Source of the DNA: Sphagnum compactum
Taxonomy: Eukaryota
Assembly (NCBI GenBank): GCA_965153455.1
Contig: OZ234493.1
Coordinates: 30,680,213 to 30,744,212 of the forward strand
Direction of reading: 5' to 3'
DNA: 64,000 bases
Below are positions 13,451-25,802 of the stretch, one piece after another. The translations under genes and the position numbers were made by a program. Positions within the stretch are counted from its first letter, which is position 1. Every line of letters starts with the position of its first letter. The notes under the pieces are model-generated. The model worked only from the letters and a program-made list of their open reading frames with translations. It was not told the origin of the DNA and did no database searches.

Positions 13451-14976
13451 AAAAGCCCAAAAGCTCAACCTTGAAAAAGGATTTGTCCTTGGATTTTAAG
13501 GTTAGTTGTTGATCTTCTATGATTGGAAATTTGTTTAGTTCATTTTGTTATGATTTTTCATGTGCATTGAAGAATTGTGGTGTAATAATTTTAGTTAAAT
13601 TGAAGGTTTTTTGATGGTCTATATGATGTCAAATGCCCAAAAGCCCAATTATGAGAAAATAAATTGTTGTAGACGTGAATAATGAGTAAGAAACAAACTA
13701 TTGCAAATTTAGTTTCATTACATTTTCAAATTAAAAAAATCATTTCTTTCAAATACTTGCCTTGTAATTGCAATAACCTTTTTTTTTGGACAATCTAATA
13801 ATAAACCCTAATTATTACCCAAACTTGCCCCTTTTAAAAAAACTAAAACCCTAATACCTGAAAACCCCCCTTAATTAAAAAAAACATTGACCTTAATGGG
13901 AGGTTTAAAAAATTCAAAACCTTCCCTAAAAGTTTTTTCAAAAAATAATAATAAGAAAGAACTAACACTCAAGGTTTTCCATAAAAACAGAGAACCACCC
14001 AACATGGTTTAAACGATATACTTACCTATAAGTTGTTTATTTCCTACCTATTTCCTATATAATTAATTACCAATATGAAAGCAAATATTAACTCAGTTGA
14101 AATTCATCCATAACTTAGTAATAACAGACATTTAGTGGATGGTGCGTTGGTGGGTGCTAGTTCACTATGGCCCTATTTTAGTATTGCAAATATTAGTCTT
14201 CGTAAACTTTGATAATATCCCAAAAAAAATAATCTTTAGGTGTTCAATTGAATAAAACTTATGTTATGTAAGATAGTGTAGTTTTAAAAAAATTCAATTT
14301 TAGTTGAAAATTTGATACAACATGCTAGCCCTCTACCATTGAACTTGACTTGGGGGTGCCAATGGCTTGTTAGTCGGGTTTGCCATTGTGTTCCAAAAGT
14401 ATAAATCTGATACAACAACACCAATGCAACCATAGAATTTAAAAATATATTAATTTTATTGTAGATTTTTTAAATGCACCAATAATTGTAAGAATTTACT
14501 AGGCTGATTTTATGTAAAACATCCCCAATGACGTGAGTTGCATATTATGTTTTGGATAAAGAACAATATAGTTTATGTTGGGGGGGCTATAAAATGTATT
14601 TGGGTCAATATTTTTGCATAGAGTGCAATGTCTTTTGCTCATCTAACAACTGCTATTGATTGGGCATATAGAATGATTGGTCTAGGTTTAGGTGGTTTGT
14701 TATTACAATGGTAGTCTCATTTCCAAATCTCACTTTTCATGGTTGTGAGTGGGGTTTGGGAAAAAGTAAGTAAACCATCTCGAATGTGAGAAATATAGTT
14801 GGAGTCTCAAATGCCTACCATGGGTGGACATATTGTTATGGGTGGAGTTATTTTTTATTACTTCTTGTTATGCACATTTTGCTTTTTAGATTTCATTCCC
14901 TTTATGAATATATGGAAACATTTAAATTGTGTAATCATTTCCTTCAAGAACATGATTAAAGAAATTGAGAGACATT

Positions 14977-16781
14977 AGAGTTTTCCATAAAGTCAGGAAA
15001 ACATAGCACCAAAACCTTGAATTTGGTCCAAAACCAAGTGAGATTAAAAAAAACCCCTACAAAAATGTACATTAGCCTTCAATGCGGGTCAAATTAAAAA
15101 ATGCAGCCAAGTTCCATGGGTTGGGATGGGTTTCAATGTTCAATGTGTGGGTGGTTTTTGTAAAAAGATTTGCATCCAAAAAAAAAATGGGTGAAAATTT
15201 TGTGTTATCCCCAGAAGAGGAGTTGGGATATGAGGGAATTGTTACCAAGTTGGAAGAGGTGTGGGGGGGTTTATTAAGAAGGGGAGACAACCGTTGCAAA
15301 GAAGGAGATTGGATTGGTTTGTTGGAAAAGAACGAGGCATTCCCGTCTATGGTTTGTTGTACTTTATCTACCTTAAGACCTAAATGCAACAATGATGTTC
15401 AACATCTTTACATGCCGCAAGACATCAAGTTGTATATTGTGGATTTTCAATCAAGGACCTTGAGTTTCATTAACGATGGAATGTCGAAAGGAATGAACAA
15501 CCACTACTAGGAAGGTAGAGTATGAGTAGTAAGGATACCAAAGTTATTGAGAGGCCCTATAAAGGTGCATTACCTATTATGTTCTGACACTATATACACA
15601 TTAGAACTTGACCTTAATGCATATTCATGGAAAGGTAGGGAACTTTTGCTCTCTTTCACAACTGCACTAGGGAGGAAAATGTTGAGAAATTCTAAACCAA
15701 AAATTAATGTGGTGGAAAAGAGGTGGGTATGGATACTTCCTTTTACTTTCAAGTTAAAATGGATGAACATTTGGTGCAAGACACGGAGTAGGAAAGAGGC
15801 GGGCTTCATGCGGGCTTTGTGGAGTAAGGTAATTGCAATTAAAACTTGGGAAGCTCTAAGGTGGACACCTCGATCAATCAAACTTGCCCATTGTGCGGTA
15901 ATGAAGAAGAATCCACACTGCACAAATTTTGGGAGTGTTGCCATGCACAATGGGCTTGGGAGTACACACAAGGCATTGTGTGTGAACTTGCCTACGGTAA
16001 CAAGCCATCACAGGTGGTTGCCTCCTTACATTGGAAACAATGTGTTTTTGCCGCCAAAAGTTCAAGGAAGTGTAGTGTGTGAAGAACATATGATCCTTGC
16101 TAAGAGGTATCACACTTTGGACTTTCTGGATTGAACGAATTGATTTGGTTTTCAACAATGCAAGATGGAATGTTGTTAAAATTCACAAAGTTATTTGGGA
16201 TGCCCTACTTAATTATAGTACGGCAGCTTGGAATAGATGTATGAGGCTAATAAGAAAAACCCCTAGGGTGAGAAAAAAACACTTCTTGAGAAGTTTGATA
16301 AGAGCTGGGTTAGGCACCAGGTTATTTGTGTTAGAGTAGGTAGCTTTGTTAGGTGGTGTTATGATGGGCCCCAAAGGGGCTTCATTGATTAAGGTTTCGA
16401 CTCAAGTGCATGGTGGCACTCCTCCCACTCAGGGGGTTTGATATTTTTGTTTCTTTTCGCAATGAATTCTTTTCATTTGTGCCCAAAAAAAAAAACTCAA
16501 AAATGCACCACTTTTTGTGCCAAACTGAGTTTTATCCTGTTTTGATCCCCTATTTCCATTTCCCTGAGCGCCTCCACTGCTGCTACATATATTTTCACTA
16601 CTCCTACATGTACAATTACTATAATTACCTCGAACCTTGTGCATCAAATGCTGAGTTTCAGCATTTCATACCCAGATTTAATAAAACTTCCTTACTTTGC
16701 AGACCTCACTCAAAGAGAGGATAGGGGGTGAGAAAAGGCCCAAAGACAGGGCGAAGACAGGATGACTTTAAGGAAAACTCT
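14977..16781 (+). mobile_element. MITE family A copy split by a LINE insertion
   Basis: Left TIR AGAGTTTTCCATAAAGTCA at 14977 and right TIR TGACTTTAAGGAAAACTCT ending at 16781. The two halves match the intact copy at 17686-18046 (reverse complement). Confidence 0.8.
15106..16492 (+). mobile_element. 5'-truncated L1-like LINE (ORF2 C-terminus, zf-RVT), decayed
   Basis: Frameshifted ORFs carry CPLCGNEEESTLHKFWECCHAQWAW (zf-RVT-like) and WTFWIERIDLVFNN. There is an A-tail at ~16485-16495 and a 15-bp TSD, aaattaaaaaatgca (15091-15105) / aaactcaaaaatgca (16493-16507). Confidence 0.85.
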
Positions 16782-17685
16782 TTTTAAAATTACAACTCCA
16801 GGAATATATTTTCAAGTCTCTTCTCTACATGAATGGACTTAACCTGGATCCTAATTCCAAAGGAAGCCCCTAGTATGAAGCGCAAAGGGCACCATCTATT
16901 AGGTTGTAAATTGTCTCTTCAAATGGTTCGGCCTTGGGTTATGTTCAAAGTTCAAACCTTAGAAGCAAGATAAGTATCATCCTCACCAAATGCTTTGGTT
17001 CAAGGGCGATACAATTGGATACGCCAGGCTACTGGGAAAAGGGAACTATGAACTTAATTAAAACCACGGCCTGAAAGAAATGTGTGTACTTTTCCCCTCT
17101 CTTCATCTACATGATGAATAGCTCTGTATCCTTATCCCGGTAAGCATATGGAATAGGAAAAATGCAGCGTAAAGCCCAAGGAGGATGGGTGGGGGACATT
17201 CCCAAAATGTTGGGAGGACTCGGTCTGTCATCTGACCACCTTGTCTTAGGCCCCTTAAAAGTTTAGCCATGGATGAACCAGTACCTACACTTACCTTGAA
17301 ATTCATTTAAATTGTAGTATAAATCCCATTTTTGGACTAAGTAAAACTCTCCGTGTCCAAATCTAACATTTTATTGAGTTTAATATGGTCACTATGAGGC
17401 CTCACTCCGGAAGGCAAAGGTTATCACTGTAGCTTTCAGCTCCTTATCCTGAGATAAACCCTCTAGCCCCTTGTCCTGAGAATGCCCCCACCCATGGGCC
17501 TTACCCATCGAAAAGCATGAGATGAAAGTTATCATGAACCTAAAGATATGAAGATCATAAGGCGTAGGAGGGGCAGGGTTCTTACACCCCATCCTTAAAA
17601 GTGCAAAGAATCTTAGTGGCTCTAAGATCTTAGAGGGATCTTTGATTTGCAAAGATCCGATCCACTTCTAATGAGTAGGTGCAAT

Positions 17686-18046
17686 AGAGATATCCATAAA
17701 GTCACCCTGTCTTTGGGCTCCCTTTCACCTCCTAACCCCTCTTTTAGTGGTATCCGCAAAGTAATGAAATTTTATTAAATCTCAGTATGAAATGTTGAAT
17801 CTCAGCATTTAGTGCACAAGGTTCGAGAGGAGTTATAGTAGCTGTACAGGTAGAGCAACGAAAATCTACGTAGCAGCAGTGGAGGCGCTCAGGAAAAGAA
17901 GAAAGACAGGATGAAACTCAGGAAACCATTCACCGCCCCCTTGAATGCTAATGTCCTTTTTCGCAGGTTTTTTTAAAATCTCACCTTTTGTATGACCCAA
18001 ACTCAGGGTACTGGTGCTATCTTTTCCTGACTTTACGGATATCTCT
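17686..18046 (-). mobile_element. MITE family A, intact copy
   Basis: TIRs AGAGATATCCATAAAGTCA / TGACTTTACGGATATCTCT (18/19 match), flanked by AAT on both sides. The internal sequence is shared with copies at 14977, 29400, 38281 and 40341. Confidence 0.85.
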
Positions 18047-19098
18047 AATGTATCTCTCCTCCAAAAGAGGAGGGATATTCTTAAGGCGTAGGTGTAATGA
18101 GTCTTTCCTCCAAGAGAATAGGGATATTCTTAAATACAAGTTGCCTCCGAGTATGCTTAGGAGCTCAGGAGATTTGTTCAAGTGCTTTGACGGTGAAGAT
18201 AATATCCTATAACCATTACATGTGCAAACCCAAATGCGATAATTATATATAGTAAAGGACGTCGAGAAGCTTCCTCTTAATCCATCTCGTCATCCATCTC
18301 GTCATCCAATCGGACAAACATTTCATCCATCTTGTCATCCGTCTATTTAAGCCGGAGGAACATTTCATGCATCACGTCATCTGTTGTAAGGGGTTGTGGA
18401 GTTAGACATGTGCTCAAATGCGATAATATCTATGTAATTGAAACCAAGACTAGAGTGAAAAAAATCAAACTTGGGTCCTTAACCGAATCTAGACTCTTTC
18501 AATTGGAAAATCAAAATTGAGTTTCCTTCGAATGGGAAGAGGAGGTTCCGTGAAAGTTCATTTTGATGCATGCACAACAACGTTGGCCATCCATCTAGAA
18601 GTATTGAGTGTCATGCACAAGCTGCAGGCGGCTAAAAATGAGTTTTTTTTTTAATGGCCAAAAGAGACTTAAACCCCCAACATTGCCATTTTCCACACAC
18701 CAAAAGGGAGGAAAAAAAAATGGTTAGGGCGGACATGGCCCGGTCAGGTGGGTACCACCCCAGAGAGAAGAAGGTGCAGGGAGAGTTGCACAATACTCTT
18801 CTAGAAACCCTTTGGAGAAAATGTCTAAGGTCCTTGTAGAGTGGTCGGTCCTTAAAGGGACCAGAATAACAACTGTAAATATGCCTATCTCAACAACACT
18901 GAGGGCATCTTTAGGGCCTACTATAACACCCCACCACCATGCCAAACATTAAAATTGCCCCCAAATCATGGCCCTTCTTACGGAAGTAAGAAGGGCCTCG
19001 TAAGAAGCAGGGCCCCGGGCCCCTTGTGCCTTCTGCTGTCTAAGGTACTTGGAAAAAGCAGGTAGTTTCCTGATTTGGAGGTCTGTCTGACTCGTGGG

Positions 19099-19384
19099 CA
19101 GTGTTTTTTTGTTTCCGATTTTGTAATTGTAGCCAAAGTGGCGATGATCTATAGGACGATTTAGCCAAATTTGGCTACAAGCTAAATATGGAAGTGAAAA
19201 TTTGTAAAACATCCTTCTATATTTTCAGCTACATACTTGAACCATGCATAGAAATCTGGCATTTTTTCTTAAAATTTGGTCAAATTCTGGCCATTGAAAA
19301 TCTCAAAAAACACCTGATTTCAGCACTTTTAAATTTTTTAATATAGCTTTTTGGCTATATATAGCCAGCAGGAAAAAGAGACTG
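19099..19384. mobile_element. Probable hAT-type MITE
   Basis: CAGTGTTTTT...AAAAAGAGACTG termini and a partly matching 8-bp flank (ctcgtggg/ctcggagt). The internal gatttagccaaa..tggcta motif recurs at ~41210 and ~47160. Confidence 0.5.
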
Positions 19385-19559
19385 CTCGGAGTGGAGGGGC
19401 CCTTAGTCTCCTGCCCTTGGCCTACAAATCAGGAGAGAGGCCCTTGAGCTCGTACCCTAAGAAGCAAGAGAAATCCTGCAAAACACCCTGGCTACTAGCG
19501 TTCTTTATTCTGTACTAAAAAACAACGGTCTCATCAAAGGCAGCTTCGCCACACTGCCG

Positions 19560-19960
19560 ACTGAAGGCCATCTTAAGGGCCGAATATGAACCCTCCTTAA
19601 GGGCCGATTACTACGCTCTCATTGGTCGAACAGGTTACCGTTCTCGTAAAGCCGATCGTTGTGCCGCGGCTTCGAAAGTCCAGCGCGTCGTTGTTCCTCG
19701 CGCGACGACGCAGGTCCCTTCGCGCGATTCTTCTCTTCAAATTTCGCGTTTTTCGTAAAATTGATGCGGAGTTCCGACGCATTCTCGATGCGCACTTGGA
19801 TGGGTATTCTTTTTTTTGGGGAGAAATTTTCGTGGGATTGGGAAGTGGTCAAAACCTTTGTCTTTCTTCCTCCGTTTCCCTTGGTTTCCGCTCTCGTAAG
19901 CACACCCCTTCTCTCTCTTCTTCTTGGCCGAAAGAGAGAAAAAAAAATCGTTAGGTGGGA
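19560..19960 (+). promoter_or_regulatory. CpG-rich putative promoter/TSS region of the PLAC8 gene
   Basis: Locally CpG-rich island with a duplicated TTAAGGGCCGA, a reverse CCAAT (ATTGG, 19621) and a CT-rich tract (~19860-19925). Candidate 5'UTR donors follow at 20034 (GTAGGG) and 20070 (GTAAGT). Confidence 0.45.
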
Positions 19961-21034
19961 GGAGGAGAAGCTGGGCTTGAAAAGCTTCCATGCTCTTGGA
20001 ACGGAGAGGAAGGAGTTTTGAGAAAAAAATCAGGTAGGGCGTCTTTTGTTTGGTTTTGTTTTCCAGGAAGTAAGTGTGTGCATGTGGGTTTTTGTTTGTT
20101 TGTCATGAGGATGTTCTCGGAGAATGAGATTTGGGTTTGGGTCTCTCTCATTTATTGCGTGCAAAATCCGCTTGATCATAATCAGCTGTTTTCTGAATTT
20201 TCTTTCTGAACGGAGTTTAGGTTTTCAATTGGGTTGTCCTTTGTATGTGTATCTCTGGTGGGGGTGCAAAGTCTTGAAACTCTTTTCTCTGCTTCCACCA
20301 CAAGGAGGATTTATGATCCCTCTGTTTGTTTGCTTTATTTTCTGGCTTTGCATGGAACAGACATAATTTGGGAGAAAAAGATTACCATGCAGTTATGGAG
20401 AAGAAGATTTGTGTCGTGAAGTTGTTGTCCCTTTTGTTGGAGATATGATGCAAATGACTGAAGAAGAACCTGTGCATGGTGAGGAGGTTGTTGGGAGTTC
20501 AGTCCCTTGCAAACATACCCATGTCCCATTGTGGCCACCTTCTTCTTTTTCTGCTGCTGCTGCTGCTGCTGCAAACCAAGATGATGATGATGATGATGCA
20601 ATTCTAGGCTTTCAGTATGTCCTTGTCACCAAATTTCTGGCACACGAAATCATGGAGGGAATAGGACTTTTTGCTTGGCATGGCACTTTAAACACATACT
20701 GCAGGAGCTGCTACCAGCATTCATTCGCTCACAAGGGTTTGCTCACAAAAATGCTGATGATGAAGACTACTTCCAGCCTGACTTGATCTCCTGCTAGTCT
20801 CTGCAGAGATTGGTGAGGGAGGGGAAAGTACAGCAGCAAGAAAGTGAAATAACCTATGAAGACTTCCAATTTGACTTGATCTTCTGCTGGTCTCTGCAGG
20901 GATTGATTGGGGGAAGTGGGGAGTGCAGAGTGCGGTGGACCAAGAGAGCAAAAGAGCCTGAGGAGGTGTGTTGAGAGGGTTGGAGAGGACTGTATTTTGT
21001 AGTGAACCCTTTGGGAACCACCAGAAAGAAGAAG

Positions 21035-23830
21035 ATGGAAACAGGAAACAGTGATATCCAGGAGGGTACTGAGAAGGATACTGAGGGTTTTGAAGATGAT
21101 TATAGGGAATGGTCTTTCCGAGAGCTTCTTGAAAGTCAGAGGAGAAACATGGAAGAAACAGAACTTGGGACAGGAGGAGCAGAGAGTAGTAGTAGTACTA
21201 CTACTACTACTCTGAGAAGAAGCAGGAAAGTCAAAGCTGTCAAGGCCGGAATGGGAGCTAAAGAATGGAAGGGAGAACTGAGTGATGATCCCCGAGGTGA
21301 ATTCAGTTCGTTGTCTCTGACAGACTTGCTAGGAAGTCAAACGGATGCTTTGGATGGATCTGAGATTGACTCCGAGCCTGTGAGTACACCCAGACACAAG
21401 AAATTGAGAGATTTGATGGTTGGCATGGCAAGTGGGCACAGTGCTGCTGCTGGTTCTAGACCATCATCTCCCATCGCAGAGAGCTTCATAAGACCTGTCA
21501 AAATGCTTCTGTCGCCGACAACAACATTTGTTCGGCTGAAAGATGAAAGTAAAGAGATATCCAGGCAAACACCAGAATGGAGGGGAGAACTGAGTGATGA
21601 TCCTGAAGCTGAATTCGGTTCATGGTCTATGCGAGACTTGCTAGGAAGTCAAAGGGATGCTATGGATGGATCTGAGATTGGCTCTGAGCCTGTGAGTACA
21701 CCCAGACACAAGAAATTGAGAGATTTGATGGCCAGGGGGCACAGTGCTGCTGCTGCTTCTAGAACATCATCTCCCATCACTGAGAGCTTTATGAAACCTG
21801 TCAAAATGCTTCTAGCACCATCAACAACGTTTGTTCGGCTGAAAGACGAAAGGGAAGAGATGTCCCCGCAAACACCTTCTCCTCCAAAAGAGCCTACTGC
21901 TTCAAGGGATGGAATCACACTGCCACTGATTGGAGAGGTGAAGTGGGAGTTTGTGAAGGAGCAAACCAAACTCTGGCTTCAAAATCCCAAAAATCTCGCA
22001 CTCCTCATATGGGTGATTGCAGTTGCAGTGTCAGGAGCAATCCTCTTCATGGTTTTGGTGGGGATGTTGGACAAAGTGATTCCAAAGAAAAGTGACAGAG
22101 ATACTTGGTTTGAAGTCTCAAACCAAATACTGAATTCTCTTTTCACTCTTATGGTGCTGTATTTGCATCCAATGCGAATTCTGCACATGGTGTGGTTGAT
22201 GCGCTGGCAGCCAAAAGACATCATCCAGTTGCGACAGGTGTATTCTAAAGGTGGATTGCGCAAGCCCAATGAATGGACTCACATGCTTGTGGTTGTGCTT
22301 CTGCTGCATTTAAATTGTTTTGCACAGTACGCACTTTGTGGACTAAATTGGGGCTACAAAAGAGCAAACCGACCTGCAATCGGTGTGGCTATCACTCTCA
22401 CTACATCTTTCGGAGCTGCAGCAGCTGCTGGGATCTACAATTCTTTGAGTCCTTTGGCAAAGGATTCTGTGGTAGAAGAAGGAGAAGAAGAACACAAGGA
22501 GGTGGTGGACAGAGTCAGGGAGAATGAAACCACAGTCGAGCCGGCAGATAAAATCAAGAGAGGTCAAGGCTCCACAATCTATCCTCATCACCATCATCAC
22601 TCGAGCTTCCACAAGCATCAAAACTACAAGCTGCTCAAGAAGAGCATGTCATCTACATCTAGGGAGGGAAGACATGTGGAGAATCCGCAGTGGGAAGGTG
22701 GCTTGTTTGATTGCTATCAGGAACCTTCTATATCTTTATTCTCAACCGCTTGTCTTCCATGTGTACTCGGATGGAATCTGGATCGAATGGGATTTGGGAA
22801 TCGTTATGTGCACATTGCTACCTTTCTCCTCCTTTGTTCTGCCCCCTGTCTGGTGTTCATGGTAGCAGCAGTTAATATTGACAACAGGTATGGTGTATGC
22901 TCCCAATCAGCTTTTGTTGCCAAATACTAAGAAACTCTTTTAAGTATTATGGAACATGCCAGGTACAGGCAATTCCCAGTGAGTTGCCTGTGAGGAATTT
23001 GGTGAGCAAGCCTGGTGGGGTGAGCCAAAATTTCCAAATAGGCAGCAAATTGGGCACAATGGTCTGTACCCTGCAGGCTCCATAACATAATGGTTTTCAT
23101 GATTTGCACAAATGGGCATGTGGAATTTGCACAATGAGCATACATGTGGAAACACAATGGGCATGTAGATTTTGCATGCTGGGCATACATGTGGATTTTG
23201 AACAATTGGTAGACCCAAGAAGACCTGTCCATTGTGTCTTGTAAGGGGACTAAAAAGAGGCAGAAAAGGCCATATGAAAACCATTATGTACTTTGGAATG
23301 TGTTTGCAGCAACAGTTTCATGTCTCATGTACTTCTGTGGGGGTGGTAAAACCAAAATTTGCAGGGTGGTTCAGCACAGTTTTGCAGCAACAGGGATTGT
23401 TTTGAGTCTTTTTGGGTTACTCTATGGTGGCTTTTGGCGGATTCGGATGAGAGAAAGATACAACTTGCCTCAGACAAATTGGTGTTGTGGGTGTCCTGGG
23501 GTGACCAATTGTGCACAATGGTTATTCTGTGCCCCTTGCTCACTTTGCCAGGAGGTACGCACTGCAGAGGCATACGAAATTAAAGATGACAAGTTTTACA
23601 TGAAGAAGACCAGCAGGAACAACACACCAGGAACTTCACCAGAACATCTTTTGGGTCATCATCGCATAGATGTTGACATGCCTGTCCCATCTTCCTCTAT
23701 TCAACCACTCCCCATTTCTAGTATGGTGCCTATCAAAGAGATGGAGCTTGCACTATCTGAGCGAATGCCAGCTGATGGAACAATGTTTTTTCCTCCATCT
23801 CCTCAAAACCTGACCCACTATCCAAGTTAG
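21035..23830 (+). CDS. DUF2985 + PLAC8 (cysteine-rich) domain membrane protein, ~772 aa
   Basis: Exons 21035-22887 and 23365-23830 (GT-AG intron 22888-23364, phase 2, joins in frame). Motifs: WLQNPKNLALLIW...SGAILFMVLVGML, WFEVSNQILNSLFTLM, QYALCGLNWGY (DUF2985-like), and PQWEGGLFDC, CLPCV, GGFWRIRMRERYNLP, WLFCAPCSLCQEVRT (PLAC8). Confidence 0.9.
23085..23289. mobile_element. Intronic MITE in the PLAC8 gene
   Basis: Perfect 16-bp inverted repeat ACATAATGGTTTTCAT / ATGAAAACCATTATGT, with internal (GGG)CATGTGGA repeats. A related copy lies at ~52310-52475. Confidence 0.7.
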
Positions 23831-24045
23831 AAGAAGCTTACAAACCATGTATATTTTATGAGCTAGGTTTTACCCCCACCCATTGGTTTATCGGGCATTG
23901 TATAGTGGAGTTTTTGAAACCCTTACAGAAACGTGAGGTGCTTTCATAAAACTACCATCCAAGTCAAATAGGTCTGTTGTTAGCTTTCTGTCTTTGTTAA
24001 TCCTTCTGACTTTGTCTTGTTTTTTCTTATGTGATGATGATGATT

Positions 24046-24067
24046 GGGTTTAGGGTTTAGGGTTTAG
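24046..24067 (+). repeat. Short interstitial plant telomeric repeat, (TTTAGGG)~3
   Basis: gggtttagggtttagggtttag, about 220 bp downstream of the PLAC8 stop codon. Confidence 0.75.
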
Positions 24068-25802
24068 AGTGGCTACTAGGTAGGCCTAGATGCATGTAGA
24101 TAGCTAGCTAACTGCAGTGGTTAGCAATGTGGACAGGAATACAATGAGAAAGTGTTTCCTGTCCACGCACCATCCATCCTGCACAGTGCACTGTGTGGGT
24201 GCTGGTTCACTCTGGCCCTTGGATTCTCCCTGGGCGCGGCAAACTGATCCTTGGTTGGTAATTACACAATCCGATTTTTCAGCACAAAGAAATCACTTCT
24301 AGTGACTTGTTCTTTGATTATGTGGATTTGCTAGATGCATACATATAAGGTTTGTGCATAGATTCTTCACAATCTTACTCTTAACATTTCTTTTTGTAAT
24401 TGAGAAGTAAAACTTTTTCTTTTGTCGTTTAGCCAAATCTAGTTCAGATTATTAAATTAAAGGCAAAACAAGTTCATAAGCAAATTCAAAACCAACAATT
24501 GTTTTGCAAAAGTGGAGTAGCACCTATAGGTGTTTAATCAGTCTTTGGGTTTCAAGTATTTTTTAATTTAGTATCTTTTGATTTTGTGATGATTTTGCAA
24601 GATTTGAATTGGCAAAAAAATCTCTTCCATAAGAAATTGAAAGCTAAAATTTGGCAATTTAGATAGGTACTTACAACAATGTCAGCAAGCTATGTAGAAG
24701 AATGATCACTTCTTCTAGTTCATCTATTTCTAAAACAGTCTTCATTTATTAAAGAAATTTGGAAAGTCACCTTGAATCTCGCACTGTGTTACATCTTGTA
24801 TTTTGATTTTCACCCTGAGTTCAGTTCGGTGCAGTTGTAAAGTTACCCTGAGTTAGATGAAAACACAGGGTGAGTTGGGGTCACCCAATGGCGACCCTAA
24901 GATTAACCCTAGTGATCATATTCATTGGAGCTGGAATTACAAAATCTACAATGTGAGTATTTTTGGGGCAAATTTTCATAACTTGGTGATTTGTTTTTCA
25001 AAAAATGAAAAAAATTTGAAAACAATTAATCAAGGGTTTTTGACCCTTTTTTGAAATAAAAATAATCAAATTATCCACATCTAGACCTAGGCACTTCCTA
25101 GGTCACAACTTGTAGCAACACTTTTGTAAAAATGCTATAGCCCACCTAAGGATAGTTGTCATTTAACCTTAACTAATGTTGGCTATCCTTGCCAGTGGAC
25201 CTACTTGAAGAATTTGAACAAGAAAAAACCCCTTATAAAACACATGTGAAAGAAATTGAAGTACACATAAACATTTTATTTAGGAGGATCCAAAGCAAAC
25301 CCCACCCATCCCTCGTCATCATGGCTTGGCTCGTTGTCATCATGGCCTGCCGCTAGTATAGAGTTCATCTCTTTGATTAGCAGCAACTTCTTTTCTACGA
25401 TTTTTTTTCGGTATCAAAATGGCGTTCATTTGTAAAAGAAAATATAACAAATGGCTACAATTTTTATCAATTTGTTTCTGTTTGGCAACTGAAAGCTTCC
25501 AAAAACAGTTCATTTTTTAATTTCAGAATTTTAATGTCTCATTTTGGCGAAAATTTTGGTAGTAAGAAAAAAGCTGATCAACAATGCATTTCTTTGCAAG
25601 CTCTATCTCAAGCATCCTTTGCAAGCTCCCATACATCCTTTTTCTGCAGCAAACATTCTTTGTTGATCTTGCTCCTCTACAACTTGTTTACTTTGTAACA
25701 AGTGACTGGACCTCGATAAACGGACCTCGACAGACGCACGCACGCAACAAGTGACTTTATATATAAGATTGTCAATGTCAAGATGGCAGCAACAACTACT
25801 AG

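Noticed and set aside
16790..19560. Higher-GC stretches resembling a decayed retroelement around the MITEs
   Set aside because: No diagnostic RT, RNase H, integrase or gag motif could be read confidently.
20409..20786. 125-aa ORF with poly-Ala/poly-Asp
   Set aside because: Explained by (GCT)n(GAT)n microsatellites in the probable 5'UTR intron or leader of the PLAC8 gene. No recognisable homology.
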